A stretch of 64,000 nucleotides of DNA from Octopus vulgaris. Taxonomy: Eukaryota. Each line of letters starts with the position of its first letter. The stretch's first letter is position 1. The notes beneath the pieces were generated by a model. The model was given only the letters and a program-made list of their open reading frames with translations. It searched no databases and was not told the origin of the DNA. Positions 1 to 13,389 of this stretch are shown here, piece after piece. A program made the translations under genes and the position numbers. The stretch spans positions 22,506,001-22,570,000 of the forward strand of contig OX597826.1 in NCBI GenBank assembly GCA_951406725.2, given 5' to 3'.

Positions 1-125
1 ATTAGGTTATGGGCATGAAACGTACATAGTGTTTTTACTTTTTATTTTATATTAAACTTTTTAATACTTTTTGATAGTTATATATATTTAATAAAAAAAA
101 AAATTTTTTTTTAAATTTATAAATA

Positions 126-392
126 TCTTTATATATAAAAGTGAGGTTGTGTGCTATCTGTCTCCTACGATTTAGATTCCTAACTACTCCCACATTTTGC
201 GATGCAGTTTAACCCAAACCGGGTATCTTATAGTCGTGATTCATATCGAGCCCTTCTGGGTATTAGCTACAGTACCCCCCCCCCCCCTTTGTGGTTAGCC
301 ATATTGAGATGGCTATTATACTTTACATCTCTAAAAATGCTTATATAGTTATTTCCCTTACAAACCCGAGCAACGCCGGGCGATACTGCTAG
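126..392 (+). mobile_element. Non-autonomous Helitron
   Basis: 5' TC (TCTTTATATATAAAA), 3' GC hairpin CCCGAGCAACGCCGGG then CTAG; lies between A and T; no TSD. Confidence 0.8.
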
Positions 393-541
393 TAAATTAA
401 TAATTTTAATTTTAAATTTAAATAATTTTAATTTTTTAATTTTATATTTTATATATTTTGTATATTATATTAATTATTTTTATTTTTATGTTTTGGTTTA
501 TGTTTTTCACTGTTTGATTTGCCTAATAGTGGTTTTATCTC

Positions 542-1600
542 TATCCTGTTATTAACCATTCTTGTTTTAATTTTATTTTTGTTTTCGTTTTTTGTATTTA
601 TATTCGTCCCTGTTGCGTTTACATTCGTTCCTTTTTTCCAAGAAATCTAATGCTCACAGCTTAGTTTTTCCTTGGGGCTGGCTGCGTTGGAGCAAATATC
701 AGAATTAATCAGCTGAAATTTGCTATGATGATCCGGTTTCTGACCGAAGATTAAAGGCTTCGAATGACCCGTCTGTTTTCTGTGTTCGTCCCTTTGTGTA
801 TTTCACGTTCTTGTTTCTTTATATATAATTTTTATTCCTATATTATTGCGGCGTACGTACACCTCGTTCCCTTATGTATGTTTACATTTTATCCATTTGT
901 ACGACTTCTAAATACTTTCTCTATACCTCACTTCTGTCTTTCTCTTTCTTGCCTTCGCTATGCGCCATTGCTTCTTTGCTAAGCTATTTTGGCGCTCTGT
1001 CTCTTCCCCCCTCTTCCTTCCATCCTCTTTAATTCCTTCTTTCTCTCTCTCTCTTATTCTCACGTGACCTGGTCAATCCTCGGCGCCCTCTGTCTTCCAC
1101 CCTCTTTAATTCCTTCTCTCTCTGTCTCTCTTTCTCTCTCTCTACCCTCTTGTGACCTGCTGTTTAACAAGCCATTTCGTTGGTGACCGCAGCCCGCTCA
1201 ACATCGTTCCCCCTCTGCCGAAAAGGCAATTTTTTCCAAACACGCCTGCTAGATAAGTTATATTTGTCTCATTTTGTCTAAAGTCGCAAGACACTTGCTG
1301 TTATCCTGTTATTAACCATTCTTGTTTTAATTTTATTTTTGTTTTCGTTTTTTGTATTTATATTCGTCCCTGTTGCGTTTACATTCGTTCCTTTTTCCAA
1401 GAAATCTAATGCTCACAGCTTAGTTTTTCCTTGGGTCTGGCCGCGTTGGAGCAAATATCAGAATTAATCAGCCGAAATTTGCTATGATCATCCGGTTTCT
1501 GACTGAAGATTAAAGGCTTCGAATGACCCGTCTGTTTTCTGTGTTCGTCCCTTTGTGTATTTCACGTTCTTGTTTCTTTATATATAATTTTTATTCCTAT
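542..1600. repeat. Pair of ~300-bp direct repeats (542-842, 1302-1600) around a ~460-bp pyrimidine-rich core; pseudo-LTR-like non-coding element
   Basis: Near-identical copies read directly; no TG..CA termini; 3' third related to the tandem unit at 16929-17607. Confidence 0.75.
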
Positions 1601-1604
1601 ATAT

Positions 1605-1905
1605 ATACAGGGTGTTTCAAAATATTTGATTTTGAGATGTAATGTTGAGCAACATAAGATTTATTCTTCCAAATTTGAATGAGAAATTCAAAGGTTTGTG
1701 GATTCCATGAATGATTTCACAAATGTTCAATATGCACACCGCCTGAGACACAGCACATGTCAAGTTGGTAGTCCAGCTCCACCTAAACATGCTGCAGCAT
1801 GTCTTGGGTAACAATCTCCAGTGTGGTAGTGATTCCCTACTCGAGTTCCTCTAGGTTTGCAGGAAGAGTGGAGAGGACATAGACCAGGCCCTTCACATAG
1901 CCCTG
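1605..1905 (-). mobile_element. Tc1/mariner fragment
   Basis: TA-CAGGGTGTTTCAAA terminus; minus strand gives transposase C-terminal-like GYVKGLVY...L.EL..RI...W..LDY... Confidence 0.55.
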
Positions 1906-2029
1906 TATAGTTTCAAGAAGAAATGAGGCTGAAGAAGAGAGACAACAGCATTTGATTACTGATAGAAACAGGTGTCAAAATTTAAGACAACATGAGATTT
2001 AAAATGCTAAACATTCTGCATTACTGTAT

Positions 2030-4975
2030 GACAAAAAAGGACTTATGTAACAAGGTGCTTTTATGTGCAACCAGCATGGGTGCCAGTATCGTGACACCAG
2101 CATCAGCCATGACTATGATTACATTTGGCTTGACAGGTCATCTGAAGCACAACACATTGCCAAATTTCAAAGATGATGCTTCACCACTTCATCCCATGTC
2201 TTCCTGGCTCCACCTCTACCACAGGTTCCCTCCACAGTTGTCCTCATCCATATGCACCACATGACCATACCAGTGCATTCGTCTCTCTCGCACACCACAT
2301 CTGGTGCCTCTTATTCCCAACTTTTCTCTCAAGATGCTTACATTCTGTCAAACATGCACACTGACATTACACATCCAGCAAAGCATACTGGTTTCATTTC
2401 TTTCAAGCCTATGCATGTCCTTGGCTGTCACAGCCCATGTTTCACTGCCATGTAGCATAGCTGTTTGCACACAGGCATCATACAATCTGCCTTTCACTCT
2501 AAGGGAGAAGCCCTTTGTTGCCAGCAGAGATAGAAACTCTCTGAACATTGCCCAGCTTAATCTTATTCTCACAGTTATGCTCTCAGCACATTCACCTCTG
2601 CTACTAACTTGGTAACCTAGATAATGGGAGCTATCTACTACCTCTAGCTTAACCCCATGGCAATTGCTGGAGTCTATTTTATATGCATTTTCAGTGTTCA
2701 TTGTGCCTGTGCATCTTCCACACACAAAAGCAATTTTTCCTGCTAACCTTCCTCTGATATTGCTGCATCTTTTATGTGCCTAAAGCTTACACCAGTTGAA
2801 TCTTGTGGAGTTTCTACCTACGCCTTTTCAACAGATCAAGCAGGGCTGTCTACCTGAAGGGATTTGTGATTTGTCTGCCTTCCTACTTACTAAGACTTTG
2901 GTTTTTGTGAGGTTAACTATAAGGCCCTTTAGTTCTAGACCTTGCTTCGATACCTGGAACTTCTTCTCTAGTTCTGGTAGTGAATCAGCTATATGAACAA
3001 GGTCATCAGTGTAGAGGAGCTCCAAAGGAGCAGCCTGTCTTGAATTCCTCTGTTACTGCTTGAGGACTATGATGAACAAGAGGGGGCAAAGACTGATTCT
3101 TGGTGTACCCTTACATGTACTCTGAATTCTTCATTACTCATTGCCAATTTTCACATTGACCCCCAGATAAGGGATCAGGGAACTCTGTCAAAAGCTTTCT
3201 CTAAGTCAATAAAAGCCAAGTATAGAGATTTATCTTTGGCTAGGTATTTCTCCTGAAACTGCCTTATCAGAAATATAGCATCAGTGGTGCTTCTCCTTGG
3301 CATAAAACCAAACTGTATCTCATCTAGACTAACTCCGTCCCTAATTAGTTGGGCTATGATTTTCACCATAGCTTTTCATCACCTGATCCAACAATTTCAT
3401 ACCTCTGTAGCAGTTGATTATGGTGCTGTTACACCAGTCATTGGGTATGACTCCTTCATGAACCCCACACCACCAGAAATTTTAAGCATTTCAGCAGTGA
3501 TTCCTGATGGGCTGGGTGCTTTCCCTGACTTCATATTCTTAATTGTTTTATTTACCAGGGTGTTATTGATTCAGTTAGCTAGTCCCTCAATTGAGTCAAC
3601 ATTCAGCAGACTCTCCACCTCCCATGCATTCTCCACATTCACCAGTCTTTTATAATGGCATTTCCAAGCTTCTTTCTTTGCAGAATCATTAAATGTAAGT
3701 GCACCATCATCCATGTATACACATTTCTCTCCTATAACATCACAATTTATTCTCACACACCGTCTTGCAATCTAAAACACTTCATTTCTTTGCTCCTCAC
3801 ATCGCCGAACATAGGCAAACTTCTATTCTGCGCCTCCCTTGGCTAGATATACCTGTTTCCTAGCTTCCTTTTTGGCTATCTGATACAGTTCCCCACTACC
3901 CTCACTTTTCCTAGTCTGTTTCTTTGCTCTGATGGCCCTGTCTACAGCATCGTTCCACCACCATGTTACCCTTTGTCTAGATGGGACTTTGCACCGGAAG
4001 CAGATTTGGTCTGTGTCCCTCAGCAATCTGTGCCGTAGAAATTCCCAGTTACCCTCTATGTCACAAGTTTGTAGATCCTCCTCCCTCTCATCAAATTTCT
4101 CAATTAGGATGTCCCTAAATCTCTTGATCATATGAAGGATCCTTAAGCTTCCAACTCCTTCTTTTCCAGATTGATCTGCTTCTTGGCATCCTTCTGGCCT
4201 GGAGTCTAAAAGTCACTGACTAGTCTATGCTGGAGGGTACATTCTTCACCAGGAAGGGTCTTTGCATTTAAGTGCAATCATGCATCCTGCTGTCTGGTGA
4301 GAATGTAATCAATCTGGTTAACCCAGACACCTGATTGATAGGTTATCAGGTGGCTGGCTGGCTGGCTTCCTGAAGTTGGTGTTGCAGATCAATAGGTTAA
4401 TTGCATCACAGAACTCCAGTAGCTTTGTTCCCACTTTGTTTTGGGAACTAATTCCATGGCCTCCATGTACACCATGGAAGATTACCATGAAAGGCTGCTG
4501 TCTGACATGCCCATTAAAATCCCCAGCTACAAAGATGAGGTCATTGTCATTCATCTTTGAGGTAGCCTGCAGAAATATATCATGAAAGTGGTCCTGTTTA
4601 TTTGGTAGGCCCGCTTGTGAGGCATAGGCAGAGATAATTGTTGCCATACTATTCTACAAGACTAGCCTGAGCTTAAGCACTCTATCGCACACTCTAACTA
4701 CTTCTATGACCATATGCACACATTTCTCTGCAAGAAGTATGCCCACATCACCTAACTGTTACCTTCCCAGATTTTATACCTATATGTCTTGTCTGTGAGG
4801 AACCTGACTGGGGCTCCTCTCTACCTTACTTCTTGGATGCAACATACATCAACATGCCTCCATTCAAGCATCTCTACAATCTCACTCGATCTACCAGTTT
4901 TCAGTGCCAACTCTGAAAACTGGAAAAAGGACGTGTGAAGGAACATGAGAAGGAGAGATGGTGTTCAGTACCCGA
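2030..4975 (-). mobile_element. Decayed RTE-clade LINE
   Basis: Fragmented APE (AGDFNGH), RT (QFGF, DLEKAFD, YTDD) and C-terminal MLHGSETW frames. Confidence 0.9.
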
Positions 4976-5190
4976 AAAGAAGATTTCAATGATCGTTTGA
5001 TAATGTAACTGTGATTACGTACATCAGAAAAATATATATAAATCGAAACAATTTGTTAGCCTTTTATGGCTTTTATAATTATTTATATTATATAATGTTA
5101 TATTCATAGTATTTAATGTAATTTTGTAATATAAATAAATTATTGGATTGTCAATAGAATATCTCTATATTTACCTTATATATATGTATA

Positions 5191-5221
<31 letters not shown>

Positions 5222-5222
<1 letters not shown>

Positions 5223-6722
5223 GGAATGCAGGCAAACCACAAATCCCTTCAGGTAGATGGCCCTGCTCGATCTGTAGTAGAGGCGTAGATAGAAACTCTA
5301 TAAGATGTACCCAGTGTAAGCTATGGACATATAAGAGGTGCAGTAATATCAAAGGAAGGCTAACTAGGAAGATAGTTTTTGTATGTGGCAGATGCTCGGG
5401 AGCAATAAACTCTGAAAATGCGCAGAGAACAACTTCCGCCACATTCCAGGGAGGAAAACTAGAAGTAGTTGACAACTTCCGTTACCTAGGTGACCAAGTC
5501 AGTAGTGGGGGAGGGTGCTCTGAAAGTGTAGCTGCTAGAATAAGAATAGCTTGGGCAAAGTTCAGAGAGCTCTTACTTCTACTGGTGACAAAGGGCCTCT
5601 CGCTCAGAGTAAAAGGTAGAATGTATGACACATGTGTATGAACAGCCATGATACATGGCAGTGAAACATGGGCTGTGACTGCTGAGGACATGCGTAAGCT
5701 CGCAAGGAATGAAGCCAGTATGATCTGATAGATGTGTAATGTCAGTGTGCATACTCGACAGAGTGTAAGTACCTCGAGAGAAATGTTGGACCTAAGAAGC
5801 ATCAGATGTGGTGTGCAAGAGAGACGACTGCGCTGGTATGGTCATGTGGCGAGAATGGATGAGGATAGCCATGTGAAAAAGTGCCACACCCTAGCAGTTG
5901 AGGGAACCTGTGGAAGAGATAGACCCAGGAAGACCTGGGGTGAAGTGGTGAAGCACGACCTTCGAACTTTAGGCCTAATCAAGGAAATGACTAGTGACCG
6001 AGACTTTTGGAAATATGCTGTGTGTGAGAAGACTTGGCAAGCCAAATGAGACCATAATCTCAGGGCCTATGCCAGGGGTGTAACCAGCCCACTTATGCGT
6101 CCCTTTTCCTTCTTTGAACATTAAAACTCAGTTTGTGAAGACCTGTTGAGGCAAGTGAAATCAAAATCAAAATGAAAATCAAATTCAATGACTGGCGTCT
6201 GTGCTAACGGGGTGCAAAGAGCACCATACGAGTGTGATCATTGACAGAGCGGCTAACCGGCTTCTGTGCCAGTGGCACATAAAAGGCACCATGTGAGTGT
6301 GATTGTTACCAGCGTCGCCTTAGTAGCACTTGAGCCCCGTGCTAGTAGGGTGTTAAGAGTACCATCTGAGCGTGATCGTTGCCAGTGTGGCTATCTGGCC
6401 TCCGTGCCGGTGGCACATAAAAGACACCATTTGAGCGTGATTGTTACCAGCATTGCCTTACTGGCACCTGTGCTGGTGGCATGTGTAAAAGATTTGAGCG
6501 AGGTCATTGCCAGTACTGCCTGAATGGCCCCGTACCGGTAGCACATAAAAGCACCTACTACACTCCTTGAGTGGTTGGCGTTAGGAAGGGCATCCAGCTG
6601 TAGAAACACTGCCAGATCAAGATTGAAGCCTGGTGCAGCCATCTGGTTCGCTAGTCCTCAGTCAAATCGTCCAACACATGCCAGCATGGAAAGCGGACGC
6701 TAAACGATGATGATGATGATGA
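5222..6722 (+). mobile_element. 5'-truncated RTE LINE with 3' UTR and (GAT)n tail
   Basis: RLRWYGHVARM C-terminus; repetitive 3' UTR; tail GATGATGAT; (TA)n on both sides. Confidence 0.9.
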
Positions 6723-6794
6723 TATATATATATATATATATACACATGCACACACATTTATTTATATTTCATTTATTTATTTATATACATAAGT

Positions 6795-7178
6795 GGAGGC
6801 GCAATGGCCCACTGGTTAGGGCAAGTGGACTTGCGGTCATAGGATCACGGTTTTGATTCCCAGACTGGGTGTTGTGAGTGTTTATAGAGTGAAAACACCT
6901 AAAGCTCCTTGAGGCTCTGGCACGGGATGGTGGCGAACCCTGCTGTACTCTTTCACCACAACTTTCTCTCACTCTTTCTTCCTGTTTCTGTTGTACCTGT
7001 ATTTCAAAGGGGCCAGCCTTGTCACACTCTATATCATACTGAATCTCCCTGAGAATGATGTTAAGGGTACACATGTCTGTGGAGCGCTCAGCTACTTGCA
7101 TGTTAATTTCATGAACAGGTTGTTCCATTGATCAAATCAACTGGAACCTTCATCATCAAAACTGACTGAGTGCCACGA
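6795..7178 (+). mobile_element. tRNA-derived SINE
   Basis: tRNA-like head (TGGCCCACTGGTTAGGG...GGTTTTGATTCCC); body shared with 49598-49918. Confidence 0.8.
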
Positions 7179-7266
7179 TACTCATAAAATAAGGACAAAA
7201 ATTACATTAATGATAATTACCAGGTAGTCAGCATGGAAAAATTTATAGCAATTTTTATATTAAATT

Positions 7267-7306
<40 letters not shown>

Positions 7307-7313
<7 letters not shown>

Positions 7314-7766
7314 TTTATATTATATTGATGGTACTACTATTCGTAGATACCAACACGCTAAGAGGGACCAATGCGGTCAAAACTACTAAAAATAAACAAA
7401 ATTTTACCGAATGCAAAACTTCAAAACACGTCATTTTAAAAAAAGAATTCAGTTACATATCACATGTGATTTCGCATTTAATGCAGAATATGCATTTCAT
7501 GTTCATCAGTGCAACAAACTCAAGAAATATAAGAGAAAACATAACATTACAAGCTCGATAGCCAACCGTAGAATTCGTCGTAGCATGTACGAATGTTTAT
7601 CTTTACATATCTATGAAAATGGCGGGCTTATTCGCAATGCATTTCGGTAATAAATTGTCTAGTCGGAATAATTTTGTTTATTTTTAGTAGTTTTGACCGC
7701 ATTGGTCCCTCTTAGCGTGTTGGTATCTACGAATAGTAGTACCCTCAATATAATATAAATGAATAT
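7307..7766. mobile_element. Inverted-repeat non-coding element (Penelope-like/retrozyme-like)
   Basis: ~97-bp inverted arms 7307-7403 and 7670-7766 enclosing a hammerhead motif. Confidence 0.65.
7452..7515 (-). ncRNA. Type I hammerhead ribozyme motif
   Basis: GUUGCA-CUGAUGA-ACAU...AUGC-GAAA-UCACAUGUGA-UA-UGUAAC: 6-bp stem I, full catalytic core, palindromic stem III; A-C mismatch at base of stem II. Confidence 0.8.
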
Positions 7767-8149
7767 TTTCAAAGAGGAAGAATTTACGGATTTTTTCTCT
7801 TACGAGGTTTTTCACGCTGACTACTGATAATTTCTTTTAAAGATTTTATCCTCAATTGTTAATATATATATATATATATATTTATATTTATGTATATGAA
7901 ATTAATAAAGGATAGAAATTTATTAATACTATTATTAATATATAATTAGCCTGTTCCTTTATTAATACCAGTATATACCAATTAATATTCACAGATACCA
8001 TCTGATGAGTTAGTATTTAAGTGTACAATATGTATAAATAATAAACTATTTCTGGATAATTTCTTTTCCTCCCTCTATTGTAGTAAAAGTTTGGTATATA
8101 CTCAAAAGTATTCATATATTTCTATCTTTTTGTTAAAATATTCTTCTTA

Positions 8150-11100
8150 ATCATCATCATCATCATCATCATTTAGCGTCCGCTTTCCATGCTAGCATGG
8201 GTTGGACGGTTCAACTGGGGTCTGGGAAGCCAGAAGGCTGCATCAGGCCCAGTCCGATCTGGCAGTGTTTCTACGGCTGGATGCCCTTCCTAATGCCAAC
8301 CACTCCGTGAGTGTAGTGGGTGCTTTTTACGTGCCACCCGCACAGGTGCCAGACGGAGCTGGCAAACGGCCACGAACGGATGGTGCTTTTTACGTGCCTC
8401 CGGCACGAGGCCAGTCGTGGCGGCGCTGGCAACGGCCACAAACAGATGGTGCTTTTTTACGTGCCACCGGCACGGGGCCAGGCGAGGCTGGTAACGGCCA
8501 CGAACGGATGGTGCTTTTTACGTGCCACCGGCACAAGGCCAGTCTGTGCGGGGCTGGCAACAGCCACATTAGGATGGCTCTCTTACGTGCCACCGGCACT
8601 GGTAACTCAGATGCAATTTCCATTGATTGATTTCGATTCTGATCCTCACTTGCCTCAACAGGTCTTCACAAGTAGAGTTTTGTGTCCCAAGAAGGGAAGG
8701 TATGCATAAGTGGGCTGGCTACATCCCATGTAGCAGGCCACGGGTTATGGTCTCACTTGTCCTGCCGGGTCTTTTCGCGCACAGCATACTTCCAGAGGTC
8801 TCGGTCTCTAGTCATTTCCTCAGTGAGACCTAAAGTTCGAAGGTCGTGCTTCACCACCTTGTCCCAGGTTTTCCTGGGTCCGCCTCTTCCACAGGTTCCC
8901 TCAACCGCTAGGGTGTGGCACTTTTTCACACAACTATCTTCATCCATTCTCGCCACATGCCCATACCAGCGCAAACGTCTCTCTTGCACATCACAACTGA
9001 TGCTTCTTAGGTCCAGCTTTTCTCTCAAGGTATTTACACTCTGTCAAGTATGAACACTGACATTACATATCCATCGGAGCATACTGGCTTCATTTCTTGC
9101 GAGCTTACGCATGTCCTCAGCAGTCACGGCCCATTTTTCACTGCCATGTAGCATGGCTGTTCGTACACACGCCTCATAAAGTCTGCCTTTTACTCTGAGC
9201 GAGAGGCCTTTTGTCACCAGCAGACGTAAGAGCTCTCTGAACTTTGCCCAAGCTATTCTTACTCTAGTAGTTACACTTTCAGCACACCCGCCCCCGCTGC
9301 TGACTTGGTCACCTAGGTAACGGAAGCTATCAACTATTTCTAGCTTTTCTCCCTGCAAAGTGACAGAAGTTGGTCTCAGAGCATTTTCAGTGTTTATTGT
9401 TCCTGAGCATCTGCCACATACAAAAACCATCTTCCTAGTTAGCCTTCCTTTGACATTGCTGCACCTCTTATGTGTCCATAGCTTACACTGGATGCATCTT
9501 ATAGGAGTTTCTACCTACGCCTTTTCTACAGATCGAGCAGGGCCATCTACCTGAAGGCGTTTGTGATTTGTCTACCTTCCTACTTATTAGGACTTTGGTT
9601 TTAGCTAGGTTGACTCTAAGGCCCTTCGATTCTAATCCTTGCTTCCACACCTGAAACTTCTCCTCCAGTTCTGACAGTGACTCAGCAATTAGAGCAAGGT
9701 CATCAGCATAGAGGAGCTCCCAAGAGCATCCTGTCTTGAATTCTTCCGTTATTGCCTGGAGGACTATGATAAATAGGAGGGGGCTGAGGACTGAGCCTTG
9801 GTGGACCCCTACCTCTACCCGGAATTCTTCACTGTACTCGTTGCCAACCCTCACCTTACTAGCAGCGTCCCTGTACATGGCTTGCACAGCTCTCACCAAC
9901 CATTCATCTATCCCTAGTTTCCTCATTGCCCACCAGATAAGGGATCGGGGGACCCTGTCGAAGGCTTTCTCCATGTCAACAAAAGCCAGGTACATGGGCT
10001 TATCTTTGGCTAGGTATTTCTCCTGCAGCTGCCTTACCAGGAATATAGCATCAGTGGTACTTTTCCCTGGCACGAACCCAAACTGCATCTCATCTAAACT
10101 AACTTTCTCTCTAATTAGTTGGGCTATGACCCTCTCCGTAACCTTCATCACCTGATCCAACAGCTTGATACCTCTGTAATTATTTGTATCTAGGGTGTTA
10201 CCTTTACCTTTGTAGCAGTTGACTATTATGCTGCTACACCAGTCATTGGGTATGACTCCTTCGTGTATCACCTGATTAACTATATGGGTGACTAGGCTAT
10301 AGCCGACACTACCAGATATTTTGAGCATCTCTGCAGTGATTCCTGATGGGCCTGGGGCTTTCCCTGTCTTCATACTTCTAATTGCCTTAGCTACCAAGGA
10401 ACTATCAACTCGGATAGCTGGTCCCTCTATTGGGTCGACATTCGGCAAACTCTCTTTATCCCATTCATTTTCTTTATTCAGCAACCTTTCATAGTGGCGT
10501 CTCCAAACCTCTCTCTTTGCATCCTCATTAAACGCAAGTGAACCATCTTCCATGCGAACACACTTCTTTCCTACCACATCACAATTCTCTCTCACACACT
10601 GTCTTGCAACGCGAAACACCTCCAGTCTTTGGTCCTCACGGCGCAGAACATTGGCAAATTTTTTCTTATCTGCTTCCCCTCTGGCTAGATAGACCTGTCT
10701 CCTAGCTTCCCTTTTGGCAGTTTGATACAATTCCCTGCTACCACCATTCTTCCAGTGCTTCCAAGTCTGTCTCTTTTCTCTAATAGCCCTGTCTACAACA
10801 CTGTTCCACCACCACGTTACCTTGGGACGAGAGGGGACTTTGCACCAGCCACAGATCTGGTCAGTCGCTCTCAGCAGGTTGTCCCTTAGAAACGTCCAGT
10901 TGCCTTCTACTCCATGTGATACTCTATCCCCTTCTACTTCGTTAAAGGCTTCAAGTAGCATGTCCCTAAATCTCTGTCCATTCGCAGGATCTTTAAGCTT
11001 CCAGATCCTTCTTCTCCATGTTGGTCGTCTTCCGGTTGTCCTCCTAGTCCTGATCCTAAAGTCACTAACTACCAGTCTATGTTGTGGAGTACATCCTTCG

Positions 11101-12100
11101 CCTGGGAAGGTTTTGGCATTTATAAGCAGCCATCTCTCCCTTTGCCTGGCAAGGATGTAGTCAATTTGGCTGGTATGTTGGCCCGATCGGTAGGTGACTA
11201 GGTGGCTTGTAGGTTTCCTGAAGTTAGTGTTGCAAATCATAAGATTATTTGCATCGCAGAACTCCAGCAGCCTGGTTCCCTCCTCATTGCGGAAACCATA
11301 GCCATAGCCTCCATGTACGCCATGGAAGCCCCCAGCATGTCGTCCAACGTGACCATTGAAGTCACCAGCCACAAAGAGAAGGTCTCTGTCGTTCGTCAAC
11401 GAGGTAGTCTGCAGTAGAGTGTCATAGAATCGGTCTTTCTGTCCATCAGGTAGCCCCAACTGAGGAGCATAGGCTGATATAATGGTTGCTAAACTATGAT
11501 GAAGCACTAATCTAATCTTAAGTATTCTGTCACATACTCTGATTACCTCAAATACTTTATCTACCCATTTCTCAGCGATAAGTATACCCACGCCACCAAC
11601 CCCGTCAGTGTTCCCTGCCCAGAAAATCTTGTACCTGCGTTCCTTGCCTGTGAGGAACCTAGCAGATCCTCCTCTCCACCTTATTTCTTGCATGCAGCAT
11701 ATATCCACACATCTCCGTTCAAGCATCTCGACTATCTCGCCAGACCTACCTTTCAGTGTGCCAACATTGAGGGTGCCAACCCTGAGGGTGTGGGAGGCAT
11801 GGGCCCTAGATACCCTGGGACGGTGGACAGTAGCTTCATGTACCTAAAAAGAAAGCTCGCATTTGGCAGAATTCATGTGCAAGTAATACAGTAGCCTTCA
11901 GTACAACCTGCATAACACTAGCCTTTCATATTTTGCACTGTATGAACATTACCTTACATAGGTCGAGACTAGGGGTAGGAATGGTGAAAGAGTATTTGCA
12001 GTCTTCATGGGAAGCAACCCCGGGATGGCAAAGAATAGGAACTTCCGGCATGTGTGGATGGGGTGGGAGTGCGGGAGCACCATAAACTAGGAAGAGGTTC
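8150..12100 (-). mobile_element. Near full-length RTE LINE
   Basis: 5' UTR, ATG at 11876, APE+RT ORF, 3' UTR with ~58-bp tandem units, (GAT)n tail; lesions: TAG at 11844-46, frameshift near 9505, TGA at 9044. Confidence 0.95.
9483..11726 (-). pseudogene. RTE ORF, longest open segment (AP endonuclease + reverse transcriptase)
   Basis: 747 aa with QE, GDFNGH, SQIDY, QHRLV, YRGIKLL, QFGF, DMEKAFD, GVHQGSVLSP, YADD motifs. Confidence 0.93.
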
Positions 12101-13389
12101 TGTTAATCGTGTGAGCAAGAAAGTAGGTTTGAAAAATCTGAGAAAATGAGATTTTTAGGGGAAAGATAAGTGGCTATGAACCGGGAGACAAGACTAAACG
12201 AAAAACATGTTTGAGCTAGACAGAGTAATGAGAGAATACTGAAAGAAAGAGAGAAAGAATAATATAATGAGAGAGTACTGAAAGAACAATATAATGAAAG
12301 AGTAATCGAAGAATAGTGAAAGAATAATGATGATACGTGCAAAGATAGAAGGTAGAGGAAGCGAGGCTGAAAGAAGAATCACTTAACTTTAACCATTCAT
12401 GATCTGTGCGTATTTCTTCTTTAGATATTTGGAAGAACCCTAAACTTTAACTGTATACAATATAGCAACATTGTTTAAAATATTTAACTATAGTACTACA
12501 TGATAAGACTCCCCCTGTTTCATTATCAATGGTCTGCTAGTGGGCGACCCCCTTAATTGTCAGCTAACATTTTGTTTTAAGTTTTCCATTACCAAACCTC
12601 ATGATATTGCTTCTAATAAATCTTGATTTTTATGACTATACCAACTTTGATTTCTGTCTGCTCCCTCAGCCTAACAGATACTGCTCTCTGTTCTCTCAGC
12701 CTTAGATATACAAGGATTTGATAAACTAGTCTATAAACTAAAACTGACCCCATAAAACAAAAATCAGTGACAGGCAGAGTCTGTAACAATGTATATCTTC
12801 TTGATAACTTTGTAGCTTCTATGCTGGAGTGAACGCAGCATGTTCTTTGTCTATCTCCTTAACTTCTTGGAGATTTTAGGTATAATTATACTAATGTGTC
12901 CATCTGTTCTAATTTAATTGAATTCTATGTCTTTGTGCAGCTGAGGATTGCTCTGCATTTTAAATTGATATAATGATTGCATTGTTCAATTAAATGGAGT
13001 TGCATGAAACGATCATACTGCATTACCTCTGGATATTCTTGTTGCTTATTTTGATTTTAATCACCTTACTTTGAAATTGTATGGATATTACTGTACTAAA
13101 TTCTGGTGCTGCAACTTAAGTACCATATTCATCTGAATCTATATATACATACATATTGTCTAGTAACATGTCATCATGTAAATATAATTTTCAAATAGGC
13201 TCGTCTTCTTTGCTGTTCCCTCAAGATAACCTTACAACATGTTCATTGACTCATTCAGCTATTAAAGTTATCACACAGTTACTTATTTATCCCCGAAATT
13301 CTCTTAGAATGTCTGACGTTGAGCTCTCAGATTTTTTTTTTTTAAGTCTATTATCAACATTTGCTGTCTCGTTTAAAGTATGCTAAGCA

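Noticed and set aside
6795-6870. tRNA genes at SINE heads (also 30478, 49598)
   Set aside because: Cloverleaf degenerate and each continues into a shared SINE body.
7995-8120. CTGATGAG...CTCAAAA possible third hammerhead
   Set aside because: G12 missing and stems I/III not convincing; at best a heavily decayed relic.
11840-11960. Apparent intron in the RTE 5' region (GTAAGG/GTAATG donor, TTTCTTTTYAG acceptor just before APE)
   Set aside because: An in-frame ATG (MNSAKC/MKSAKC) is conserved 10 codons upstream of the acceptor-like site in all three long copies, so splicing is unnecessary; the donor is not conserved in the 25.5-kb copy.
13020-13095. Candidate DCAF17 exon 6 (also 35830-35880)
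   Set aside because: Splice-like signals present but in-frame stops in the required phase and no resemblance to the expected peptide.
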